From the IMG/VR virus record IMGVR_UViG_3300032303_001618, positions 1 to 51,721 of that record: a stretch of 51,721 bases of DNA. One strand, 5' to 3'. The notes under the pieces are model-generated. The model saw nothing but the letters and a program-made list of their open reading frames with translations, had not been told where the DNA came from and searched no databases. This DNA comes from a virus (Duplodnaviria; Caudoviricetes). The position numbers and the translations under genes are program-made. The stretch's first letter is position 1. Each line of letters begins with the position of its first letter. This document shows positions 7,938 to 16,352 of this stretch, piece by piece.

Positions 7938-8300
7938 ATGAAAGTCAAAATTATAAAAGAAGTTGAAGTTGAAATTGGCCCCGGTGCCGATCTGCGTGGT
8001 GCCAATTTGAATAGTGCTGATCTGAGTGGTGCCAATTTGATTAGTGCTGATCTGAGTGGTGCCGATCTGCGTTATGCCAATCTGAGGGATGCCGATCTGC
8101 GTGGTGCCAATCTGAATGGTGCCAATCTGAGTGGTGCCAATCTGAGGGGTGCCAATCTGGGGGATGCCAATCTGAGGGATGCCGATCTGAGGGATGCCGA
8201 TCTGATTAGTGCCAATCTGACGGGTGTCAAAATAACAGATGTGAATCAATTGTTAAAAAGTCTTCGAGTTGAAGTAACAAAAAAGGAGCGTGAAGAATGA
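7938..8300 (+). CDS. pentapeptide repeat protein (16 repeats)
   Basis: A(D/N)Lxx repeats; AAGGAG RBS. Confidence 0.9.
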   Translation: MKVKIIKEVEVEIGPGADLRGANLNSADLSGANLISADLSGADLRYANLRDADLRGANLNGANLSGANLRGANLGDANLRDADLRDADLISANLTGVKITDVNQLLKSLRVEVTKKEREE

Positions 8301-8890
8301 AAGTCAAAATTACAAAAGAAGTTGAAGTTGAAATTGGCCCCGGTGCCGATCTGCATGGTGTCAATCTGAGTGGTGCCGATCTGCATGGTGTCAATCTGAG
8401 TGGTGTCAATCTGAGTGGTGCCAATCTGAGTGGTGCCAATCTGAGGGATGCCGATCTGAGGGATGCCGATCTGAGTGGTGTCAATCTGAATAATGCCAAT
8501 CTGAGGGATGCCGATCTGCGTGGTGCCAATCTGAATGGTGCCAATCTGAGTGGTGCCAATCTGTATGTTGCCAATCTGAGTGGTGCCAATCTGTATGTTG
8601 CCAATCTGAGGGATGCCGATCTGATTAGTGCCAATCTGAGTGGTGTCAATCTGAATAATGCCAATCTGAGGGATGCCGATCTGAGTGGTGTCAATCTGAA
8701 TAATGCCGATCTGAGGGATGCCGATCTGCGTGGTGCCAATCTGGGGGATGCCGATCTGAGTGGTGCCAATCTGAGGGATGCCGATCTGATTAGTGCCAAT
8801 CTGACGGGTGTCAAAATAACAGATGTGAATCAATTGTTAAAAAGTCTTCGAGTTGAAGTAAAGAAAAAGGAGCGTGAAGAATATTTATAA
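8297..8890 (+). CDS. pentapeptide repeat protein (31 repeats), tandem duplicate
   Basis: N- and C-caps almost identical to 7938-8300; 15 bp tandem repeats. Confidence 0.9.
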   Translation: MKVKITKEVEVEIGPGADLHGVNLSGADLHGVNLSGVNLSGANLSGANLRDADLRDADLSGVNLNNANLRDADLRGANLNGANLSGANLYVANLSGANLYVANLRDADLISANLSGVNLNNANLRDADLSGVNLNNADLRDADLRGANLGDADLSGANLRDADLISANLTGVKITDVNQLLKSLRVEVKKKEREEYL

Positions 8891-8905
8891 GTATTTGGAG
8901 AATAA

Positions 8906-9079
8906 ATGAAACCAGAATTAACGATTGCGGAAATAAATAATAAGTTTTTGGTCTTAAGCGGTGGTCAACCCATTAAGATACCAAAGACTGATGGAGCATC
9001 AGTTGTGTCCATTGTGCTGGGCGAATTTGATAACAAGCAAGACGCTGAAAGATATATAAGTATGCTCAGATCGTACTAA
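8906..9079 (+). CDS. hypothetical protein, paralog of 6119-6289
   Basis: Manually translated 57 aa; GGAG RBS. Confidence 0.7.
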   Translation: MKPELTIAEINNKFLVLSGGQPIKIPKTDGASVVSIVLGEFDNKQDAERYISMLRSY

Positions 9080-9198
9080 GACACATAAGTGATAAGAAGG
9101 TTGGTAATGTAGACGGGCTGGAGCGAAAGAGAAGTGGCTCAACTAGCCGATAACTTGGCTAAAAATGAGAAAGAATATCCTCTGTGGAGAGATAAAAC

Positions 9199-9414
9199 AT
9201 GAAAGGTCGTAAAGTCTATCATATTCATACGGAGTGGTTGTTCTTTCTAATTATTCTATTGGTAGCAATATCTTTAATTGTGATCGTCCCCCTTGTTCAA
9301 ATTTGGGCAATTAATACTTTGTTCAAGACCTCAGTAGAATATTCGTGGTTGAATTGGTTTTGTGTGCTAATTCTGAATAGTAGTTTTGGGACGGCTTCTT
9401 ATAGGGGCCGATAG
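9199..9414 (+). CDS. membrane protein
   Basis: Two hydrophobic segments; GGAG RBS. Confidence 0.7.
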   Translation: MKGRKVYHIHTEWLFFLIILLVAISLIVIVPLVQIWAINTLFKTSVEYSWLNWFCVLILNSSFGTASYRGR

Positions 9415-9435
9415 GATTATTTCATAAGATTGTTA

Positions 9436-9465
9436 TTGACACTACCAAGAACGGTATGGTATAAT
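9436..9465 (+). promoter_or_regulatory. sigma70-type promoter
   Basis: TTGACA-18-TATAAT with extended TG. Confidence 0.7.
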
Positions 9466-9513
9466 GCGGTTTGTGAGAAAAGTTTTACCAACCTTTAAGT
9501 ATTGGAGTTAATT

Positions 9514-9687
9514 ATGACACCATTTAAGATTAGTATTCTTGTTGCAGCATTTCTAAGTTTCGCTTTAAGTACGGGATTATGGTTTAGTGGATTCAATGAC
9601 GCAAAAGAGTGTGGATTGTTCGTAGGATTATGGGTTCCTAGTTTTTTATCTCTTGGTAATCTGTTATTGAACAGCAAAGGAGATTAA
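9514..9687 (+). CDS. 2-TM small membrane protein (GLFVGLWVPS family)
   Basis: GGAG RBS; paralog at 9963-10133. Confidence 0.75.
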   Translation: MTPFKISILVAAFLSFALSTGLWFSGFNDAKECGLFVGLWVPSFLSLGNLLLNSKGD

Positions 9688-9688
9688 C

Positions 9689-9904
9689 ATGGAAATGTAT
9701 ATATTCTTTGCTGGTATGATTATGATGTTAATTGTTAGTTCTGGTCTGGCTCTTAGTATTCTATTTATGGGAGATCTAAATCCAGACTCTAGAAATAACC
9801 AAAAAGTAAATTATACTTTATCAGAACTTAAAGATAATGATACTTTGAAGAAATTGGTCAAGGAAGTTAAACAGCATAAAGTTAAAATTGATGAACAATC
9901 ATAA
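9689..9904 (+). CDS. single-TM protein
   Basis: AAGGAG RBS, N-terminal TM helix. Confidence 0.7.
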   Translation: MEMYIFFAGMIMMLIVSSGLALSILFMGDLNPDSRNNQKVNYTLSELKDNDTLKKLVKEVKQHKVKIDEQS

Positions 9905-9962
9905 CCTAACTGAGAAACGAAGGGCATAAAAGCCATCGTTTCTTCTTATAAAAGGCTGTCAA

Positions 9963-10133
9963 ATGATTAATTTAGTTATAATCCCAGCATTTGTTAGTAT
10001 GATATTTAGTATAGTACTAATGTTTAGCGGCATACCAAATGCAGAATTCTATAGTTTATATGTGGGTATTTGGGTTCCGACTATCTTATCTTTTGGTACT
10101 TTGATATTAGTCGCCAAAGATAAACAATCTTAA
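9963..10133 (+). CDS. 2-TM small membrane protein (LYVGIWVPT), paralog of 9514-9687
   Basis: Manually translated 56 aa. Confidence 0.7.
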   Translation: MINLVIIPAFVSMIFSIVLMFSGIPNAEFYSLYVGIWVPTILSFGTLILVAKDKQS

Positions 10134-10142
10134 AGTTTGCTC

Positions 10143-10171
10143 TTGACCAGTGCCGATAGTTGTGGTATACT
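10143..10171 (+). promoter_or_regulatory. sigma70-type promoter
   Basis: TTGACC-17-TATACT, GCCGATA in the spacer. Confidence 0.8.
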
Positions 10172-10197
10172 AGGTTGTATCCATTGGAGAAAAATAA

Positions 10198-10437
10198 TTG
10201 AAACACATATTTATATTTTTATTGTTGAGTCCTATAAACACATATTTTGAGTATAATAAGCCTTGTAGCCAGCATTATACTCTAGAACAAAACACCCCTA
10301 TACAGTTTTGTATTCCAGACGAATTATGCTGGACAAATGGCAAAGTCATCTATTTATGGGGATACTATCCTATGATATCTAGTAATTATGGTTTAGTAAA
10401 TTTCAATGATGTTATATGGGAGACTAGGTATGAATAA
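10198..10437 (+). CDS. hypothetical protein
   Basis: TTG start with GGAG RBS. Confidence 0.55.
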   Translation: MKHIFIFLLLSPINTYFEYNKPCSQHYTLEQNTPIQFCIPDELCWTNGKVIYLWGYYPMISSNYGLVNFNDVIWETRYE

Positions 10438-10669
10438 ACTGAATCTTATTCAATGTTTTAGCACTGTTATTGGACACAAAGAGGCTCAAGAACTTGTTAC
10501 CGATCTTAATCAGATGAAGTCTGTTGAATCTGAGGACTTTTACATCAAGTACGATCCAGACCAAGACTATTCTAAGGATGATAATTATTTGGTAATTGGC
10601 AATGTTACGCAAGAAGATTGGGACGAATTAAATCTGGATATGGATTTTATGGACGTTGGGATTCTCTAA
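10430..10669 (+). CDS. hypothetical protein
   Basis: ATG 10430, GGAG RBS. Confidence 0.65.
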   Translation: MNKLNLIQCFSTVIGHKEAQELVTDLNQMKSVESEDFYIKYDPDQDYSKDDNYLVIGNVTQEDWDELNLDMDFMDVGIL

Positions 10670-10678
10670 AGTCGGCTA

Positions 10679-10707
10679 TTGACAAAAGCCGATAAGGCTG
10701 TTATACT
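10679..10707 (+). promoter_or_regulatory. sigma70-type promoter
   Basis: TTGACA-17-TATACT, GCCGATA in the spacer. Confidence 0.8.
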
Positions 10708-10853
10708 AAACGCTCACAACGGAGAAACAGTATGATTTACCTTTATCTGAACGAAACACAAAAATTGGCCGAAATAGTAGCAGAACTTATTAAATTGAAT
10801 ATGGGAGTTACTGCTGAACTTCATGGAAATAAGTGGCATATTGAAGTTACTCA

Positions 10854-11057
10854 ATGAAAATTTGGCTATATAAAAAATTACTGATCTTAGCAAGAGCAAT
10901 AGATCATAGAGTAGGGAAGAATGATTATGATGCTCCTGACATACCTATTCTAACACAAGTAGAGGCTTGGACTGCTTTTTGGATAAAGTTTAGCATAATG
11001 TTAATAAATTTGGTCACATGTGGTTTTATTATAGCCAACACGATACATCACTGGTAA
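10854..11057 (+). CDS. small membrane protein
   Basis: C-terminal TM segment ending IIANTIHHW. Confidence 0.65.
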   Translation: MKIWLYKKLLILARAIDHRVGKNDYDAPDIPILTQVEAWTAFWIKFSIMLINLVTCGFIIANTIHHW

Positions 11058-11118
11058 TAGTCTGCTATAAAGAACAAAAGATAAATATTTTTTACTCATC
11101 ATATAATGAATACTTTAA

Positions 11119-11787
11119 TTATCTTCCTCCTTTAGAAAAATTATCTTTAGCCCAAAGAGGCTGAAGATTAGTATAGTGACATAGTTGAATTAATTCTTCT
11201 TCGTTTTTAGCAGATGATAGTGGTATGATATGGTCTATATGCCATCCATGAAAACCATAATTCTCCCAACTCATTCCATCGGTAAATTGTTTTTCTAAGT
11301 AAAATCTTAATTCATTTGATGAACAACCTATAATTTCTATACTCTTTTTACTTTGATTTATTCCTTTTATTTTAATTGCTTTACGTATTCTACTTCTCAG
11401 ATTTTCTGTTAGCTTATAATTTAAATCAATTTTTCTTCTTTGTTTTTTGTATAGATTAACTTTTTGACGGACTTTATTTCTAATGACGGTTTTATTTTTT
11501 TGATGATATTCTTTTTGGTATTCTTGAATTTTTTCTTTGTTTCTAATATAATAGGATTTTTGAGTATGTTTCTTTCTACTCATTATATTTGTTTTATTTT
11601 TTTCAAAATATGTTTTTTGATAGGCTGAACGTTTATCTTTATTTTTAATTCTATATTTTTTACTAACTTTATTTCTACAAATCTTACATTGACTACTTTT
11701 TCCAGATCTGGTTAACTTATCATTATAAAAACTATCTAAACTTTTTTCTTCTTTGCATTTAGAGCATTGTTTTATTGCAATATTCAT
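11119..11787 (-). CDS. HNH homing endonuclease (GMSWENYG-WHIDHIIP-HYTNLQPLW family)
   Basis: N-terminal CxxC..CxxC, basic linker, C-terminal HNH-type domain. Confidence 0.85.
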   Translation of the reverse strand: MNIAIKQCSKCKEEKSLDSFYNDKLTRSGKSSQCKICRNKVSKKYRIKNKDKRSAYQKTYFEKNKTNIMSRKKHTQKSYYIRNKEKIQEYQKEYHQKNKTVIRNKVRQKVNLYKKQRRKIDLNYKLTENLRSRIRKAIKIKGINQSKKSIEIIGCSSNELRFYLEKQFTDGMSWENYGFHGWHIDHIIPLSSAKNEEELIQLCHYTNLQPLWAKDNFSKGGR

Positions 11788-11804
11788 TTTTCTATCCTAA
11801 AAAA

Positions 11805-11903
11805 CAGAAAGCCCATAAGGAATGTCAGTCGTGGTTGACAAACCTACGGGCTTCTGATATAATTTAATGAGTAGTGGTAGTAAATGTTCCACGACAGACA
11901 TTC
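11805..11903 (-). promoter_or_regulatory. structured 5' leader (hairpin + pseudoknot) of HNH gene
   Basis: Hairpin 11805-11856 whose loop GTCGTGG is complementary to CCACGAC at 11889-11895. Confidence 0.6.
11835..11863 (+). promoter_or_regulatory. outward sigma70 promoter inside the HNH cassette
   Basis: Perfect TTGACA-17-TATAAT. Confidence 0.8.
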
Positions 11904-11925
11904 ACTTAACAATAAGTACACCAAA

Positions 11926-12324
11926 ATGATCGGTTTAAACGTAAGGTTTCCTTGGTCAACTCTTTTAATTAATGGTCAGAAAACCGTAGAGACTCGCTCA
12001 TATCCTCTGCCACAGAAGTACGAAGGTATTGAATTAGCATTAATTGAAACGCCGGGAAAGAGTGGCAAGTTTAAGGCCCGTATTACTGGCACCATAACTT
12101 TCAGCCATAGTTTTCTTTATCAAGATAAGCAGGCATGGGTCTGTGACTATAATAGACATAAAGTAGCAGAAGATGACAAACTTTATAGTTGGAGTCCATA
12201 TAAGTGGAAATACGGGTGGGTGGTGAGCAATATTAAAAAGTTTGAGAAGTCTCTTGACATTCCTCAAAGGCGAGGTATAGTATTTACTAGCAATATCACT
12301 TTTTTGGAGACAAACCATGCCTAA
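11926..12324 (+). CDS. ASCH domain protein
   Basis: GLNVRFPWSTLLINGQKTVETR matches the ASCH GxKxxExR motif. Confidence 0.85.
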   Translation: MIGLNVRFPWSTLLINGQKTVETRSYPLPQKYEGIELALIETPGKSGKFKARITGTITFSHSFLYQDKQAWVCDYNRHKVAEDDKLYSWSPYKWKYGWVVSNIKKFEKSLDIPQRRGIVFTSNITFLETNHA

Positions 12325-12586
12325 ATATCTAGTTAGTATGAATTACGCTGAGGCTAAAAGTACCTCTTTTATTATTCAGGCCGAAAATGAGGATGATGTT
12401 CACGATGGTCTTGCTGAACTAGACTTTACTTTCTTTGAAAAGAATTGTCAGTGGACAACCACTGGCTATGAGCCTCCTATTGTTCAAAGCGTTGAAGCAA
12501 CAAAAAAGGGGCTTGGGTTTTGTGATTCTTCTAAAAACAAGAAGATTCAAAATAGGTTTAATAAGATTATCAAGGAACTTACTTAA
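12317..12586 (+). CDS. hypothetical protein
   Basis: GGAG RBS, overlap-coupled. Confidence 0.7.
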   Translation: MPKYLVSMNYAEAKSTSFIIQAENEDDVHDGLAELDFTFFEKNCQWTTTGYEPPIVQSVEATKKGLGFCDSSKNKKIQNRFNKIIKELT

Positions 12587-12601
12587 ATAGGATAAATAAA
12601 T

Positions 12602-12820
12602 ATGAGTACACACATAGAACTTAATTATATCGACGCTGCTACGGAGTGTGCTAGATATATTTTTGATTGTGATAGTGAGCAAATTAGTTATCAGGAATTT
12701 ATTCAGGATGGTAGTGATCCTAGAGATCATATCTTGTATTATGCTGCTATTGTTTTAGGCCAAGCGGATGAATTTAAGACAGATATTGAGGAATACGAAA
12801 AGGAGATTGCTAATGGATAG
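12602..12820 (+). CDS. hypothetical protein
   Basis: ORF with RBS. Confidence 0.7.
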   Translation: MSTHIELNYIDAATECARYIFDCDSEQISYQEFIQDGSDPRDHILYYAAIVLGQADEFKTDIEEYEKEIANG

Positions 12821-13046
12821 GTTTGAACTGGAAAATAAGATTAATCAGACTGCTAATTTTGCCGGTCAACTTCGTTCGATTGCTAATGCTGTTTTGGAAA
12901 ATAACATGGACGAAGATCGTTTGGCTAATGTTCTTGAAGGTTTGGCTATTTTGATCGACCTTCATACCGATGAAACATTTGAAGTTTTTAAGCAGGCTTT
13001 TAGACTGGATAACTATAGTGAAAACCTACAAAGACAAGACGATTAA
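12813..13046 (+). CDS. hypothetical protein (MDRFELE family)
   Basis: AAGGAG RBS before ATG 12813. Confidence 0.7.
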   Translation: MDRFELENKINQTANFAGQLRSIANAVLENNMDEDRLANVLEGLAILIDLHTDETFEVFKQAFRLDNYSENLQRQDD

Positions 13047-13302
13047 GTCTGTAGATACTATCTATTGTGATGCTTGTGGGGCAAATACCACCAACTATGA
13101 TTTTGTTGGGCCAGATTTTGCTACACTAGAAGCCTCTTGGGGATATGGTAGTGCTAATGATGGTATTAAGTTTGATATTCAACTTTGTGAAAAATGTTTT
13201 TATAAAGTATTAGAAAGCATCAAAGATAAACGTAGGCGGGTCTTGGAGCCGTTTAATTATCCATATGATAAAGACCCTCTAGTTGGTAGTGAATACCTAT
13301 GA
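13018..13302 (+). CDS. Zn-finger hypothetical protein
   Basis: CDACG..WGYGS..DG..LCEKC. Confidence 0.7.
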   Translation: MKTYKDKTIKSVDTIYCDACGANTTNYDFVGPDFATLEASWGYGSANDGIKFDIQLCEKCFYKVLESIKDKRRRVLEPFNYPYDKDPLVGSEYL

Positions 13303-13323
13303 TTTGGTGATTAAAGATTCCTA

Positions 13324-13351
13324 TTGACAAACGCCGATGGTATGGTAACAT
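13324..13351 (+). promoter_or_regulatory. sigma70-type promoter
   Basis: TTGACA-16-TAACAT, GCCGAT in the spacer. Confidence 0.7.
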
Positions 13352-13357
13352 AATAAT

Positions 13358-13452
13358 GTCGCGGCAGAAACGCTAGGGGATCGCGGGTATTCCTCTTATT
13401 GGCGACTCCGTAGAGTTTTGGCAGGGTTTTCTGTAAGACTGAAAACGCTGTT
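13358..13452 (+). ncRNA. candidate structured RNA / 5' leader
   Basis: GC-rich non-coding tract at the predicted TSS; GTCGC/GCGAC closing stem with inner hairpins. Confidence 0.35.
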
Positions 13453-13473
13453 TTATTTAGAAAGAAAATCAAA

Positions 13474-13695
13474 ATGCCCAAAGCGATACTAGAATTTAAT
13501 TTACCTGACGAGCAACACGAATATAATGTTGTTACACAAGCATCAAGGGTTCAATCTTTTGTATGGGATTTTAGTCAACAACTTCGTTCGTGGGATAAGT
13601 ATCATCATGATTTTAAGGATGCTGATGATGCTCTTGACAAGATACGAGAAGAATTTTATAGACTACTCAACGAACATAATGTGGAGATAGACTAA
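13474..13695 (+). CDS. conserved phage protein (KAILEFNLP family)
   Basis: N-terminal motif common in phages. Confidence 0.75.
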   Translation: MPKAILEFNLPDEQHEYNVVTQASRVQSFVWDFSQQLRSWDKYHHDFKDADDALDKIREEFYRLLNEHNVEID

Positions 13696-14426
13696 TGTTT
13701 GGACTTATTAAGAGAAGCAGAATAGATTATTGGAGTTGCTCTAAATTTGCTGATTGTATTAGGGGTACTCCTAAACCATTTGCTCTGGAATGGAAAGCAT
13801 GGGATACTTGGCGTGAAGAAGCCAAGAAAAAACACCCTTTGAGATATTGGGTGGCAGAAAAGTTGCTTGATTCTCTACAGGATTTGGTAAACTTGCCAAT
13901 GGATATTTATCACACTATTGAAGTATATATTCATAATAGGTTTATTGATAAAACTCATTATCTAAAAACTGGACTTAAACCGGGATCATACTATGATCTT
14001 GATTATAGAATGATTCATGGGCTTTTCAATGAACTTGTTGATCTTGTCGAAGTAGAATATGCCCACTTATTCAAGTGTTACAAGGAAAAGAAATACAAAT
14101 TTATCAAGGGTCGCTGTGTTGAGGCTGGGCTGGATTATTTAAATTGGGCATCAAGTTTGATCTATAACCAAGACTATTGCTTTAAAAAGGGAGATAAGGG
14201 ATTTGGTGAGCCAACTGAGCAGGCATTAGCCGCCCGCAAAACAACAGAGTTGTATAACTGGTGGAAAAACAGAGATAATAGACCAGACCCTTATGATATT
14301 TTTTCTGAAGAAAAAGACGGGAAAAATTATTATAAGAAAATTAGTAAAATGCAAGACGATTATGAAAAAGAAGATACTAAAATGCTTATTGAACTCATTA
14401 AGATTAGAGGTTCTTTGTGGACATAA
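13695..14426 (+). CDS. conserved phage hypothetical protein
   Basis: 243 aa, ends LIELIKIRGSLWT. Confidence 0.8.
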   Translation: MFGLIKRSRIDYWSCSKFADCIRGTPKPFALEWKAWDTWREEAKKKHPLRYWVAEKLLDSLQDLVNLPMDIYHTIEVYIHNRFIDKTHYLKTGLKPGSYYDLDYRMIHGLFNELVDLVEVEYAHLFKCYKEKKYKFIKGRCVEAGLDYLNWASSLIYNQDYCFKKGDKGFGEPTEQALAARKTTELYNWWKNRDNRPDPYDIFSEEKDGKNYYKKISKMQDDYEKEDTKMLIELIKIRGSLWT

Positions 14427-14632
14427 CATTTCAAGAGTTTAAAAACTATGTAGACAGACAACTTAAAACTCAAAAAAGATTGGGCTTAAGAAACGGCCAA
14501 ACCTTAATGAATTGTTTGTCAACTAAAAGACCTGACAAATACCGTGATATTGTTGGCTCTCATGTTGATTGTTTCTATGATGATAACAAAATCAAAGATA
14601 CGATAAATTATCTTGAAAGACATTGGAACTAA
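14417..14632 (+). CDS. hypothetical protein
   Basis: LRNGQ..MN.L....P..Y..IVGS..DCFY. Confidence 0.7.
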   Translation: MDITFQEFKNYVDRQLKTQKRLGLRNGQTLMNCLSTKRPDKYRDIVGSHVDCFYDDNKIKDTINYLERHWN

Positions 14633-14633
14633 T

Positions 14634-14972
14634 ATGAAACACAATCTTGAAAATGATTTACTATCCAGTGCTACTATATTAGATAAGTGTAGAAATAGTA
14701 AAGTATACAGTCAAAATTTGTACGCTGCTTTATGCAACAATAGATTTTTTTATGGAGATAATGAGTGGACTTGCTCTTGGCGTTATGCTGGAGGTATAAT
14801 CGCTGATATACTTCAAAGCGGCGATTATATGGATTGGTATTGTAGCGGTATTGGATCAAATATTGATGGCTACGTCGGAGAAAGTGAAGTTACAGACGAG
14901 ATAAGAATTGATTTAAATAAAATAGGCTGGGTAGTCCAGCCATATGATTTGGAGTCAACAGAATATGTCTGA
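14634..14972 (+). CDS. conserved phage hypothetical protein
   Basis: YSQNLYAALCNN..WTCSWRYAGGI.A..YMDWYCSG. Confidence 0.8.
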   Translation: MKHNLENDLLSSATILDKCRNSKVYSQNLYAALCNNRFFYGDNEWTCSWRYAGGIIADILQSGDYMDWYCSGIGSNIDGYVGESEVTDEIRIDLNKIGWVVQPYDLESTEYV

Positions 14973-15098
14973 TGAAAATTTACCAGATAGCAAAATCCCT
15001 TGGTGGGATAATCACTATGAAGATGTTTATAGCGAAGACCCTGAAGATGGATATCCATATGATATGGGAACTAAGGTGCAAGACTAAAGGAATGGTTT

Positions 15099-15281
15099 GT
15101 GGATACTAAAATAGCAATATCTCTCGCACAGCAGCAGATTTCTTGTGATAAAATATGTCAACTAATTCAGATGTTAGTGTCTAAAAACTCAGGCAATAAA
15201 AACCTATCATTACTTACTATAGAACTAAAAGAAGTATCAGACGATATAAACCTAATACCCAAGATAGAAAATAACCAATGA
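15099..15281 (+). CDS. hypothetical protein
   Basis: GTG start with AAGGA RBS. Confidence 0.55.
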   Translation: MDTKIAISLAQQQISCDKICQLIQMLVSKNSGNKNLSLLTIELKEVSDDINLIPKIENNQ

Positions 15282-15475
15282 AAGAAACGCCCAATCCTCT
15301 AAAATATAGAGTTCTAGAAGAAGAGAATATTAACATACAAGACCCCACCATACAAGCATATATTGATGGTCTTAAAGAGTTAATCTCTTATCAGTACCAT
15401 GTTATTAAAGAACAAAGATCGGAAATTATAGCGATTAAGCACAAGGAAGCGTGGAAAAGATATGACAAAAAATGA
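15278..15475 (+). CDS. hypothetical protein
   Basis: Overlap-coupled ORF. Confidence 0.6.
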   Translation: MKETPNPLKYRVLEEENINIQDPTIQAYIDGLKELISYQYHVIKEQRSEIIAIKHKEAWKRYDKK

Positions 15476-15662
15476 TTATGATTTGCTTATTAAGATTTGT
15501 CAATATTCGTTGAGAAAAGGCTACGGTCTTGACCAAGATCAAATATCCGATATTGACAGGATGCTCAACAAGTTGTATAATAAACGTAACTCTAGGGAGA
15601 AATTGGATGCTCTGGTCAGAAATAAAAAAGTGGGCAAAACAACAGGGGTACGAAACAGTTAA
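15462..15662 (+). CDS. hypothetical protein
   Basis: Overlap-coupled ORF. Confidence 0.5.
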   Translation: MTKNDYDLLIKICQYSLRKGYGLDQDQISDIDRMLNKLYNKRNSREKLDALVRNKKVGKTTGVRNS

Positions 15663-15855
15663 GGAAAAGGGCGACGAAGAAAAAGGGGAGTCTGTACAGT
15701 ACTATTGGTCAAAAACAGATGATTCAAACCGTAGCGGAGTTGCTAAAAGCGTGAGCAAATTAGCCAAAGCAATTTATAATGATATTACAAATAACGCTTG
15801 GTTAGAGCATCAGCAATCATATCTTTCTAATCTTAATGTGGAAATAAAACCATAA
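15607..15855 (+). CDS. hypothetical protein
   Basis: ATG 15607 with GGAG RBS. Confidence 0.65.
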   Translation: MLWSEIKKWAKQQGYETVKEKGDEEKGESVQYYWSKTDDSNRSGVAKSVSKLAKAIYNDITNNAWLEHQQSYLSNLNVEIKP

Positions 15856-16349
15856 TGAAGAAAAACCTTTTTATTGATAGAGAGTGGGAAACTAAGGCTA
15901 TAGATAAAATCTGTGAGTATATTACAGACTACGATTTATTTGATTTTGCACTAAATAAAATAGCCATACTTCAATTAAGTTATGAGTATTCGGGCCTTAT
16001 GGCTCAACTTATGTCCCATAAACTATCTGTAAAAAATGAGCCTCTTGACATAGAACCTGTCAACATACCATATAAAAATGAATTTGAAGCATTTATTCAT
16101 CCAGATCAACTCGACCCTTATTCTAAACTCATAGTTGTTGATAGTGGATGCTTGAGTGGTAATAACTTTAAAAAGATAGAACAAAGACTATTAGATTATG
16201 GTTTTGATCGGTCACACTTATTTTTTGCTTGCGTAGCCTGCGATCTAAATAGTATTTTTAAACCAGATTTTTGCCCCATATATTTTGATGGGGATAATTA
16301 TATGATAAACTTCTGGTGGGAAACCAAAACGGATAAATTTGAAAGGTAA
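15855..16349 (+). CDS. phosphoribosyltransferase-like protein
   Basis: Degenerate PRPP loop LIVVDSGCLSGNN; C-terminal F.WE. Confidence 0.6.
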   Translation: MKKNLFIDREWETKAIDKICEYITDYDLFDFALNKIAILQLSYEYSGLMAQLMSHKLSVKNEPLDIEPVNIPYKNEFEAFIHPDQLDPYSKLIVVDSGCLSGNNFKKIEQRLLDYGFDRSHLFFACVACDLNSIFKPDFCPIYFDGDNYMINFWWETKTDKFER

Positions 16350-16352
16350 CTT

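Noticed and set aside
7985-8810. Possible CRISPR array or DGR template/variable pair
   Set aside because: Repeats are contiguous 15-mers without unique spacers; differences are not adenine-specific and no reverse transcriptase is present in the window
7832-8833. Antisense ORFs with QIGxx or (A/T)xLRx repeats
   Set aside because: Reverse-frame read-out of the 15 bp pentapeptide repeats
13358-13452. HDV-like ribozyme
   Set aside because: A TTCCTC loop and P1-like stem are present, but I found no P2 partner or P1.1 GG
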